Shown: in pieces, positions 11,851 to 23,200 of the stretch
How positions within the stretch are numbered: the first letter of the stretch is position 1
How the letters are laid out: each line of letters begins with the position of its first letter
Assembly: GCA_965240325.2 (NCBI GenBank)
Contig: OZ251239.1
Location: forward strand, 248,001-312,000
Source of the DNA: Rebecca billardiae RCC1528
Taxonomy: Eukaryota; Protista; Haptophyta
Length of the DNA stretch: 64,000 bases
Reading direction: 5' to 3'
Program-made: the position numbers and the translations under genes
The notes under the pieces: model-generated
What the model saw: the letters and a program-made list of their open reading frames with translations, nothing else
The model's database searches: none
Told to the model about the DNA's origin: nothing

Positions 11851-12819
11851 TTAAGACGTTACCGCGCGCGCCACGACGGCGCGGCACTAGCTGATGCAGG
11901 CCGTACTGCCGGCACTGCTTCTGCGATCATGCGCCACGGTCGCAGCTGACTGCGTGAGCAGCAAGCGGGAGGCGGGTCCGGAGGCACGTGCAGGCGCCGT
12001 CCCGCATATCCGCCATCGCCCATCCGGTGCCGGGGCACGTCACCTCCGACGATCCGGATGTGGCCCAGTCCGGACGTCACGCGATCCGGGAAGACGAGTA
12101 CGATTCGCTCGTAACGAACCGTTACACTAATGTCACGTCCAGCTGACGTCCAGATCGCACTTTACTTAAGGGAATCAGCTGGGCGCGGTTTTTTTTGGCC
12201 TGATAGACCTCTCAATGCGATCTCAAAAACTCGAAACTCGGTCTCCGCCAGCCCTAAAAATCGCCCCCCGTCCCTTTTTTTCCGCCGCCCCCGTCCCTTT
12301 TTTCTTGATCAAAGATCTTTTTGAAACGTGGTTCGGGCCCGCTGCCGGTGCGGGCTCCACGCTGCGCGCTCCGCCCTGCACCGCGGGCCATAAAGATCGA
12401 CTGACGATATGATGTTATACGACGACCGACTGACGGATCACGACTATTCATTCATTCACTACGTGCGCCTGCCGTACCGCGGTGTGATCGCCGTGATATC
12501 ATCACACGCTGCCAGCGGTGACGATACTATTCACTATAGGCACCCTGGCGGTATATCCGATCGAACGTAGCGATTCCGTGATATGCTGGGCCGGTATCAT
12601 CATAAATATAATAATAATCGCGGTGAGAGTCAGAGTCCAGAGACTCAGGGACGGTCACGGTTGACGACAAAATATGACAGCCCTACAGTTTTGAGTTATT
12701 AGTAATACTAGTAGTAACGGACTAAGAGACGCACACAGCTCAGGCAGGCGACGGATTACTACCTTACGGTGCCGGGTGCCCTTGCCGTCCTGACGACGAC
12801 GCAGCTGTGATGCTGCTGC

Positions 12820-14003
12820 TCAGGCCCGGCTCCCCCCGGTCACACGCCTGGCCATCACCACGGGTCGTTCACACGACGGCGTCGAGACGACGCTGGCTGT
12901 GACCAGCTGCGGCAGCTGCGATGATCGCGGCCGCCGCGCTGCCACAACGTCCGGAGCAGTGGCTGTGCTGCTGGCGCGCTTCCGCTGTCGCTTGGCGGCG
13001 CTCGTCACTTCGTTGGGGCTCTTCATGTCTTGCTGCAGCCCGCGCGTGTGCCGACCTGAACTCCGATGGCGCTTCATGCCGGCCAGCTTGTGCGCAGCGC
13101 AACGGCTGGCGCGCGCGTCGCCCGGCATGCCGAATGAAGGCCCCGCGGTGCAGCCTGTGTGATCGCACTTGGGGTGCTTCAGGTCGACCATGCCGGCCAG
13201 CTTGTGCGCAGCGCACCGGCTGGCGCGCGCGTCACCCGCCATGCCGTAGGAAGGCCGCGTGGTGCAGCCCGTGTGATCGCACTTGGGGCTCTTCAGGTCG
13301 ACCATGCCGGCCAGCTTGTGCGCAGCGCACCGGCTGGCACGCGCGTCACCCGGCATGCCGAAGTGAGGCCGCGTGGTGCAGCCCGTGTGATCGCACTTGC
13401 GGCTCTTCAGGTCGACCATGCCTGCCAGCTTGTGTGCAGCGCACCGGCTGACACGCGCGTCGCCCGGCATGCCGTAGGAAGGCTGCGTGGTGCAGCCCGT
13501 GTGATCGCACTTGCGGTTCTCCAGGTCGACCATGCCGGCCAGCTTGTGCGCAGCGCACCGGCTGGCGCGCGCGTCACCCGCCATGCCGTAGGAAGGCCGC
13601 GTGGTGCAGCCCGCGTGATCACACTTGGGGTTCGTAACGTTGACCATGCCAGCCAGCTTGTGCGCAGCGCACCGGCTGGCGCGCGCGTCGCCCGGCATGC
13701 CGAAGTAAGGCCCCGTGGTGCAGCCCGTGTGATCGCACTTGCGGCTCTTCAGGTCGACCATGCCTGTCAGCTTGTGCGCAGCGCACCGGCTCGCGCGCGC
13801 GTCGCCCGGCATGCCGTAGGAAGGCTGCGTGGTGCAGCCCGTGTGATCGCACTTGGGGTGCTTCAGGTCGACCATGCCGGCCAGCTTGTGCGCAGCGCAC
13901 CGGCTGGCACGCGCGTCACCCGGCATGCCGAAGTAAGGCCGCGTGGTGCAGCCCGTGTGATCGCACTTGCGGTGCTTCAGGCCGACCATGCCGGCCAGCT
14001 TGG
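12820..14003 (-). CDS. EsV-1-7-type cysteine-rich repeat protein (5' end uncertain)
   Basis: Eight 38-aa repeats CDHTGCTTxPxxGMPGDARASRCAAHKLAGMVDLKxxK followed by a basic NLS-like tail (KRQRKR). The frame opens mid-repeat just after a plausible CAG acceptor (14006-14004), so an upstream exon is likely. Confidence 0.8.
13074..14001. repeat. 114-bp coding tandem repeat, 8 units
   Basis: gatc(g/a)cactt recurs at 13161, 13275, 13389, 13503, 13617, 13731, 13845 and 13959. Confidence 0.95.
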
Positions 14004-14192
14004 CTGGGATTGGGAAGGCGACCACGACCCTGGCCTCGCCCGCCGTCGCGCGCGCCTCGAGTTGACGAGCACCCACGCCGACGCTTTTCAGACTCGAACG
14101 TCACTTCCCCTGGGTACTGTCTGGTACTCTCCTCCGGACTGCGCCGCCATCGTTACTCGGCGGGCACAGCCCGTCTGGGGTTAACCTCACAG

Positions 14193-16267
14193 CTTGGGGC
14201 GTCAACCCCCGAGATCGGGCTCGCAGCGGCCCGGACACGATGGCGCGCCCACGAGAGGCGCGCGTGCGCCCGCCTACCGGCGCTGCAGGCCGGCGCGGCT
14301 GATCGGCGCGGTCCACAGGACACGTGGGCACCGCGCGCGCCTCTTTTCCTGTCCTCTCGCGCTCCTCGCCGCGCGCAGTAGCCCGCTGCCAAGCCATCAA
14401 CGCCTGCCAAGCGAGCCGGCGCGCGCACCAAGGGCGCGCGCTCGGCGCGGATAGGGCCAATTAAGGTCGGGGCACGGCATGGGCGAGTGGGCACGCATGT
14501 TATACACCGCTCGGGCGCACGCGCCCGGCGTTCTGCGCGCGCCCTTGCCACTGGCAAGTGCTCGCGCACTGCGCGCGTAACTCACGAATGGTGCACCTCG
14601 CGGCAGCCCGCAGGGTATGCTCTGCATGGAGGCATCCTTCGCTTCCCAGCGGGCGAATCGGTGCCAGCCGCAGCCTGGGGGTCGTCTGTGAGTACCCCGG
14701 TCCAAGATGCCCCATGGGCACGCTGATACGGGTTGCTATGTCGTCGATGCTGCCGAGGAGTGCCGAGCGGCTCTGCCCTGTGACGTCCCGGCACATGGGC
14801 CTTGTCGACTCTCGACCTTCCGCTCCGAGTTCATCACGCCAGACGCAGGCGATGCCGCTGTGCACGCTCGCGTTCGACCACTTCGTACCCACCAGACCGG
14901 CCCTTATGTCTCTGTTGGCGTAGGTGGCGTGCGCGCGCGCGCGCGTGCCGCCTGCCACAGTACAGTAGACGTAGTCGGTGCCGCGGACGCGGTGGCCGTG
15001 GGCCGCGTAGCGACCTGCTCGGATAGTCGTCGTAGTCGCTTTAAAATAAGACTGCACAGCCTGGTTGATTTACATATACATCGTCATCATCACTGCGCGC
15101 GATTTGCTGATGCATCAGTGTCATCAGCGCTCATCATCACATACATTTATCGGTACAGTAGTTTAAGCGGCGCGCCAAAGCGCACAGTACGCGCGCCGTG
15201 CAGAGGTGAGCTCGGGCACGACAGACGGTCCGCGCGCGTCTCCGTCTTGACCGAGAACTTCCTCGCGGTGGCGATGGCGGACTCGTGCTTGGCCGCCGCC
15301 TGCCGTGGCGTGATCTCGCTCGACGACGCACCCGGAGGCGGTGACGTGCACGGGCAGGCGCTGCTCGCATGCCCGTTCCTCACCCACTCGCAGATGCCGA
15401 GCGCGCGGCATGCGGTGCACTGTGCCAGCGCTGGCGCGGGGCACGCGCGCGCGCTCGCGCTGCCGCCATCGCCCGCGCCGGACTTCTTCGTCTTCTTCTA
15501 GGTGGGCGTCGAGCCCATCGACGGCGGTTCCATCTCTCGCCGCTGCTGCCGTACCCGCGTGCTGTGCGGGCGCGGCCGCGGCCGGCGGCGTCGGCACCTC
15601 GAGACCAGGCAAGAGGCGCGCCACGGCCGCGACGAGCGCGGGCATCAGGTCGCCAGCCGTCACCTGGCCGTCGAGAGGCTTGAGCGCATCCTTGTGCGCC
15701 GCCGACAGCGCGCACACCGCCGGGCGTACGAGCAGCTGCCGCACAGCGCACACAGCTGTCGCGGGCTGGCTGCATCCACATCGGCACATTTCGAAACACC
15801 CGCTTCCGCTCGGCGCCAGCGCCGCGCCACTCAACCGCGGTTTCGATCGAGCGGAAGTGGGCGGGCTCGCGGACCACCTCGAAGCCGACGATGAGGTCGA
15901 GCGCATCTGCGGCGCCGGGAAGCAGGAACCCGCCGGTGCCCTTGCATTTGGCCGGCGTCGGGAACCAATCCGCCACGCGCACAGCATGGAGCGCAATCGC
16001 TCCAGGAGCGGGCGCGCCTGCGAAGCGGAGGTCGCCCCCAGCACCGGCTGTGAAGCGGGCAGTGTACACGGACAGCGCGCCGTCCTCGTGCGCGAGGATC
16101 ACGCCGTCTGGGAGGCCGTCAGTCAGAATGACGCGCGCCATGCCCACCACGCGTTGGCGCAGAGGCGGCGCGCCGGACTCACCTCCCGGACGGCACCCCA
16201 CCACTGGGAGGGTTGCCGTCCGGGAGGCGCAATCTCTCCGGACTGGTTCGGGGGTTGACGCCCCAAG
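14193..16267. mobile_element. Non-autonomous DNA transposon, family A copy 1 (CTTG...CAAG ends, 7-bp TSD)
   Basis: 20-bp TIR CTTGGGGCGTCAACCCCCGA. TSD CTCACAG at 14186-14192 and 16268-16274. A near-identical inverted copy lies at 49536-51645. Confidence 0.92.
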
Positions 16268-19058
16268 CTCACAGGCCGCGGTGGAGCACCGGACTGGGCG
16301 TGGACGCCCACCTCGTGATCGACCCGTCGCCGCGGGAGTGAGCGGTGCGCGTGGAGCCGGCGCGCTCGGGCCTGCGCGGCATGCCGAACGGCCGGTCCAG
16401 GAAGCGCGACTTGCCCACACCACCACGTAAGTGCTCCACCGCACTCGCCCTGCCCGCACGCGAGGCACGCGTGCACGATTGCCGTGTTTGCGGGCGCGTG
16501 CACGTCAGGGGCTGCGTGCGCCCGAATGGCATGGAATGGCATGCCCGGAGGGGCGTAGTCCGATGGTACTTGCGGCATACCATCGGCCAAACGTAGGCTG
16601 CGCTTGGCCGGCCTTGGCCATGGTGTGCTCATGCGTGAGCACTGCAAGCCCTATCTCACACTGTCCCTATGTGCCCTGCTCGCACGCGCGCAGCCCCTGT
16701 CGGCGGTGTGTGAAGCACGGTGCCCGCGGAGATCTCTCCCGGGGCTCCCTCTGACGTGCTCTTGCCAGTGGCCCAGCGTGTCAGGCGCGTGGAATGGCAG
16801 CTGCGGTTGCGCGCGCAGTCGCACGACCTCATGCGGCTGCTGAGGTGAGCGAGCTTAGCGCTGCTGCGGCTGATGGCCTGCATGGGCGTGCGTTGTTCTG
16901 CTGGCGGCACGCGATCGATGCCGGAGCGTCGATGCGGCAGCCCACGATAAGCTCCAGCCGAAACTTGAAAAGGTTGGCATCGACTGGCAGACGCTCTGGA
17001 GGGTGCCGTGCCGTGACGGGCGTACTCCACGCCTAGGAGTGGTCGCGCACAGCTTCTGCGCGACGATGAGCTGAGGCTGCCGCCGGCGAGTCCGCCGCCG
17101 CCATTGCGGCTGCTTGGCTTTCTAGCCGTGATGTCTGTGCCAGGCGGGTAGGCAGGTCTCCAGTCTGCATCGCCTCAAGCAGACGTCTCACTATCTAACG
17201 CCTCAGCTGCTCGTCTGGCGGCGGCGCCGCCGCCCGACTGTGGCAGTGTGCGGGCCTGCCGGGCCACCGCGGCGTTACCAGTGCGCGCCTGCCGCAGCCA
17301 GTGCTGAGTGCCCTGGCCCGGGCCCCGGGGTCGGGTCGCGAAGGCGGTCTCGTAGGAGACGATATAGCGCCCGGCGTTGAAGGAGAGTTGTGTGCGCGCC
17401 ATGTAGTAGTAGCGCTGCCAGACGACTGTGTAGGACCGGCGCGCGAATCATCCGATCTGAATCTTATCACCGGCTGGCGGCGGCAGCGGATAGTAACATA
17501 GTTTATATTAGTCAGTTACCGTCAGTCTCAATGATGTTACACGATCCGAAGCGGGCGCGGCGTCGGTCACCGATCAGCCTCACTAAGCAGTCTCTGCTTA
17601 CTCACTGTAGTCCAGTCACTATAGTCAGTGTCCGCCGCGATCTGGCACTACGAGCCACGACCGTCTGACAGAGTCAGAGAGTCAGAGTGGTAGTACACGG
17701 CCCCAAGGGCGGGTCGGCTCAGTAGTAGCTAAGGCACGGTGATATAGGCTTAGCAGCGGTCGCAGCCACGAAGGCTATCAGCATTGGCAGCATCAGCACC
17801 AGATCATCCGCGCAGGCCTGGCCAGCATCACTCACATCAGCTGTCAGCAACTGCGCACCACTGCTATACGGAATACGGTGGCGCTTCGTGCGGCCCGCAC
17901 AGACGTGAGACGGCCCCGAGTCGCAGGGCGGCAGGCTGACGCGCGCGCCGCGTCGCCTACCGCGTACTCGTAGGCATTGTACTGATGTGCACTGGCCTCC
18001 ACGTCGCCGCCACACTCAATCTCATAGTAGGACCGTCGTCGGCCTGTTACCGCTCACCGCAGTCATCCACTGCTTCAGACCGGTGCCAGCCTGGCGTGTC
18101 GCCCGGCGCGCGGCCCCGGAGGCCAGTACGGCCAGCCTTGCCGACCTGGCACGGTGATGACGACTCGTTGTATAGCCGGGCAGCACGGCTCAGCACTCGA
18201 CGCAAGCACGCTGAAGTCCGTGGCCGAAGTCGACCTAGGCTGGTCGTGAGTAGTGGCGTCTCGCGAGTGATGAGAGACGACGAATGCGTCAAGCTTCCGA
18301 GACTGACGACCCGTTCGACGAGGGGCGAGCCAGCTAGCGGTGCTAAGCTTGCCCACGGCCATGGTGCCACCGCGCGAGAGAGCATGCTGCTGCTGATGGA
18401 GGGCTCGTTATCTGAGGCACCATGTGATGAATGAAACATCACCGCACAGGCCACGACCACAGTCGGCTGCGGGCAAGTTCCAGCTGACAGCCACGAGGGG
18501 ATTGGCTGTCGTGAAGCTGGTGGTTGGCACCGGGCGAAGACCAGTAACGTGCCTACTGCAGTCTTCTGGCTCCATCGCAGGGACTCGGGCAGAGCAGGTG
18601 TCCAGAGTTTGAGCAACACCGCCGGGGCAGCCGCCGATCATGTTGCAGTGGGTGGAGCACAACTGAGGGGTTGCGAGCGCGCGTGGCGCGTGAGGGCGAA
18701 TGCACACGAGGGAAATATCCGCTAAGTGAGCTCCGACTGGCCAGCCGTATCTACCAGCCACTCGAAACACGCCGCGCGCCCGAAACCCCCGTGGTCCAGC
18801 CACCCGGTGCCCTTTCGGGGCAGGCACAGCCCAAACGGTTCATGTGCGTGCAGAACGGGCGTGGCGAGTGCACAACCAGCCGCGAGCGCTCACCTGCTCG
18901 CACTCCCTCCTCCGTATGATCTTACCGAGTGCTCCGCTCAGCGACGCCCTCGAACGGGGTCACACGGCTCCGCCGCGCGACCAGCCCAGAGGCGCACGCG
19001 ACACGAGGGGAGGGCCTCGCCGGCTCTCCATCAGCCGCGGCTCCCGAAGTGCCCTCCC

Positions 19059-20138
19059 CCAAGGGTGGTCAGGGGCCGACTCCAGCGGACCAGGCCGGCG
19101 CCGGAGCTTCACCTCCGATTTTTTGCAGCGGCGCGGCGCGCGGGGCCGCCGCCGCTGTGGCGGGCCGCTCGGGGCGTGCACGGCGTGGGCTCGTGCGGCC
19201 GCTGCCGCGCACGCCGAGCGATCCGGCGCGGGCTCGCGGCTTGTCGATGGCCTCGCGCGCCGCAGCGCGACGCGCGCCTTGCCTAGCTTCGCCTGTCTCG
19301 CGCCTTGGCCGCCGTGCACGCGTGCGCCGCCAAACCGCAAGCTCGGCATACCTCTCAGCCGAGCGTGCACGTGCCTTGCGCGACGCGACGCGGGCATTGC
19401 CGCCAGGCGATGTAGGCGTAGTGCGAGCGCGCGCCGTGAAGCCTCGGCGCGGATCGAGAACAATGAAATGATGCCGCGTACGCGCGTGGACCGTCTGTTC
19501 GTTGAGCAGTGCTGAAAGCTGCACGACTGACTCTCTTGCCGGGGCGATCGTCACGTCGCATCGTCACGCAAGGCTCACACACACGTCATAGTGGCGTTCA
19601 TCGTTTTGGCTACAACGCTCGACTAGTCTTCACGAGTCGCAGCGTCGCGATAGCCCATCGTTCAACGGAGGACCGTGATGTCCATTGGTGGTTGATGCGT
19701 CAGCAGTTGTCGACAGCTGACCGAGACGTTGAAGACACTCTCGATCCGCGCTGAGGCTTCACGGCGCGCGCTCGCACTACGCCTACATCGCCTGGCGGCA
19801 ATGCCCGCGTCGCGTCGCGCAAGGCACGTGCACGCTCGGCTGAGAGGTATGCCGAGCTTGCGGTTTGGCGGCGCACGCGTGCACGGCGGCCAAGGCGCGA
19901 GACAGGCGAAGCTAGGCAAGGCGCGCGTCGCGCTGCGGCGCGCGAGGCCATCGACAAGCCGCGAGCCCGCGCCGGATCGCTCGGCGTGCGCGGCAGCGGC
20001 CGCACGAGCCCACGCCGTGCACGCCCCGAGCGGCCCGCCACAGCGGCGGCGGCCCCGCACGCCGCGCCGCCGCAAAAAATCGGAGGTGAACCTCCGGCGC
20101 CGGCCTCCGCTGGAGTCGGCGACCCTGACCACCCTTGG
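19059..20138. repeat. Long inverted repeat / foldback: ~400-bp arms, ~280-bp spacer
   Basis: 19059-19459 is the reverse complement of 19739-20138 with few mismatches. The ORF track shows mirrored peptides (18844+ vs 19662-; 18960- vs 19729+). Confidence 0.93.
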
Positions 20139-20296
20139 TCACCCTTGGTGAGGCCGCTCGAGCGACTTCGTGTCTGGCGAGGCAGATCGCGCCAGTGCGT
20201 GGCGATCGAGGCAGACGCCTGCCTCGCCGCTTGGCGAGGCAGCTAAGCTAGTCAAGGGTGTCCAGCAGCCCCGCAGGACTGCTCCGGCCCGAGGCG

Positions 20297-23200
20297 ATGG
20301 CCGACGAGTGGTTCGACGCGGCGGAGGACTTGGAGAAGGCGGCGGCGGCGGCGCAGGGGTCGCTGGCGCCGCCGCGGCCGCTGCCGGCGCAGGCGGGGCC
20401 GAGGCGATCGCGCTCGTCTGTCAGCTTCTACGAGGAGCTCGTCGAGCCCGAGCCCACCCATCTCGGCGCGGCGGTCGAGAGCGGCTTCAGCGTGCGGCTG
20501 GTGCGGCTGCGCGCGCGCGAGGTGCGCCACGTGTTCGGCCCGCCGTCGTGCGAGCTCTTCGCGACGGTGAGCTTCCAGAACGGCCTCGCCAACGCGCGCG
20601 GCCGGCGCACGGTGGTCTTCCGCTACCGCGACGTCCTGCTGCTGCACGCGCGGCTCTTTGTGGCGCAGCCGTGGGCGTACGTGCGCTCGGGCGCGGCGCG
20701 CCGGCTGAGCCTGGTGCCCAAGTCGGCGGCGGGCCGCGCGCGCGACGTGCGGCTGGTGGAGTCGGACGTGCGCGCGCTCGTCGAGTCGCACGGCTCCTCG
20801 GCGCACGTCCTCGCCTTCCTGCGCACGTCGCGGCTCGCGCTCACGCCCGCGCACGCGCGCGCGGCGCTCGCGACGTACGCACGCGTCAACGTGCAGCACA
20901 TCGACGGCGTGCTGGAGCAGAAGCCGTGGGTGGTCGCGGCGGAGCGGCTGGGCGGCGCGTGCTCGCCCGCGTGCATCTTCCAGGGCTACCGCGGGCTGCT
21001 CACCCTCCTCGGCTTCTACGCGCTGCTCGGGCTTCTCGGGTTGCTGCTTGAGCTGCTGCTGGGTGAACCGCGCCGGCCGGGGCCCAAGGCGGCGCTGCTC
21101 GCGCTGTGCGTGCTGGCGACGGTGGTGCCGCCGTGCTACTGCCACCGCGTGGTGCTCCGGCCGAAGAAGCGCCGGCGCGGCTGGCTCTCCGCCCTCGGCG
21201 CCGCGCTCTTCCTCGGCGCCACCCTCGGGCTGCGGCTGCAGTGGGGTGCCAGCTTTGCGCGCCACGAGGCGCGCGAGCAGGCGGCCGCGGCCGCGGCCGC
21301 CCACCCGGCGGAGGGCGCGCACGGCGGCGGCGGCGGCGGCGGCGCGGAGGCGTCGCGCGCGCACGCGCTCGGCGACGCGGCGCTCACCGTCGAGGCCTTC
21401 CTCCTCTGGTCCGCCATGTTCGTCACGCCGGCGTACATGCTGTACTGGTGGATGGCCGCGCCCGCGCGCCGGCGCACGCTCTGGGTCGAGCTCCGGCCCT
21501 CGTCGATCACGCTGGCGCGGGGGCCGGACGCGCGGCGCGCGGAGCTGGTGATGCTGCTCGACTCGCACTTCGCCGCGCGCGCCGTCGAGGGCACGCCCGC
21601 CATCGAGCTCAGGAACACCATGTCCGAGCTCTCGCTCGAGCTGGGCTCGGTCGGCGCGCGCGACCAGTGGTACTCAGCCATCTGCGCGGCCGCGGCGAGC
21701 TCCGCGCGCGTGCTCGCGCGGCACGGGCACGGGGCGGGCGCGCCCGCGGGTGCGCCCGCGGCGGACGGCGCGGCGGGCGAGGCGGCGGGCGTGCCCGCCG
21801 CCCCGGCGCCCTCGCCGCCGCGCGCGCGCAGCCCCGCGCCGACCCGCCTCGGCCGCTCGGCTCGCGTGCCGAGCGGCGCGCCGCCGCTGAGCGGAGGCGC
21901 TCGGCTGAGCGGAAGCGGCGGCGCGTCGGGCGCGCGGCGGGGCGCGCAGCGCTCGCGGCGCAGCGGCGCGACGGCGGAGCAGCACTCGTCGGGCAGCGTC
22001 GACGCCGAGCTCTACGTCTCGATCGAGGACACGCCGCTCCCGCCGCTCGGCCCGAGCGGCTTTGCGCAGCACCCTCACGGCGCCTTTGCGCCTGTGCGCG
22101 CGCCGTGCGAGTGGGAGCCGCACCCGTGCGAGGAGGAGGAGGAGGAGGAGGAGGAGGAGGAGGAGGAGGAGGAGGAGGAGGAGGAGGGCGGCGGCGTGGC
22201 GGGCGCGCCGCGAGAGGACGCCGCGCCGGCCGCCACCGTCGTCGACGCTCGCTCGGGGGAGATGGGCATGGGCGGCGAGGCGCGCTCGGGCGCAGGCGCG
22301 GGCGCGAGCGCGGGCGCGGGCGCGGGCGCGGCCGGCGGCGCGGGCGCGGCCGGCGGCGCGGGCGCGGCCGGCGGCGCGGCCGAGGCCGGCGGCGGCCGAG
22401 GTGGCGCGGCGGGCGGCTGGGCACGGCGGGAGGACGGGCCGAGCCCGCGCGTCTCGGGCGCGAGCGCGCTGCCCCCGCCGCCGCGCCGCTCGCGCTCACA
22501 CACCGCCCGGCCCCGGCCCAACCCGACCGAAGCAATTTGGTTTGTCGACGGCGCGGGCTATTTTGCGGCCGTGCACGCCGCCATTGCGGCCGCGCGACAC
22601 ACGGTACTGATCGCGGACTGGTGGCTCACGCCGCACCTGTTCCTCACGCGGCCGGTGGACGGCGCGGAGCTCGACGCGCTCGAGCGCACGGCGGCGGCGC
22701 GCGCGCCCCCCGCCACCGGCGCGCCCGCCGAGCGCGCCGAGTCAGTTGACGTCGGGGAGAGTGCTGACAGCTCAGCGCTGCTCGCGCGGTGGCGCGCGCG
22801 CGCGCCGCGCCCGTCGTCGGACGACGCGAGCTCGAGCGTGGGCGCGCGCTCCTCCGCCTCGCTCGGCGGGCTGGAGGCGGGCGAGGGCGGCGGCGCGGGC
22901 ACGCGCGGCGGCGGCGCGGGCGCCGCGTGCCGCGGCTCGCCTGCCGACGCGAGCGCGGCGCGGCGCGCGGCGCGCGCGCGCGCCGCGCACGCCGGCGGCG
23001 CCGCAGCTGACGCCGACGGCGGCGGCCGCCTCGACTTGCTCCTCCAGCGGAAGGCGCGGCAGGGCGTGCACGTGTACGTGATGCTGTTCAAGGAGCTCTC
23101 CTTCGCGCTCGGCATGCGTTCCCGCTGGGTGAAGGCCTGGCTCAAGTCTCTCGACAAGCGCATCCACGTCATCCGCGACCCTGACTTCATCGCGCGCCAG

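Noticed and set aside
13074-14001. Regularly spaced repeats resembling a CRISPR array
   Set aside because: The whole 114-bp units are similar and protein-coding. There are no unique spacers and no cas genes, and the context is eukaryotic.
17200-18900. Possible decayed gene or retroelement
   Set aside because: Only short ORFs and slipped agtcag-type repeats were found, with no motif I can support.
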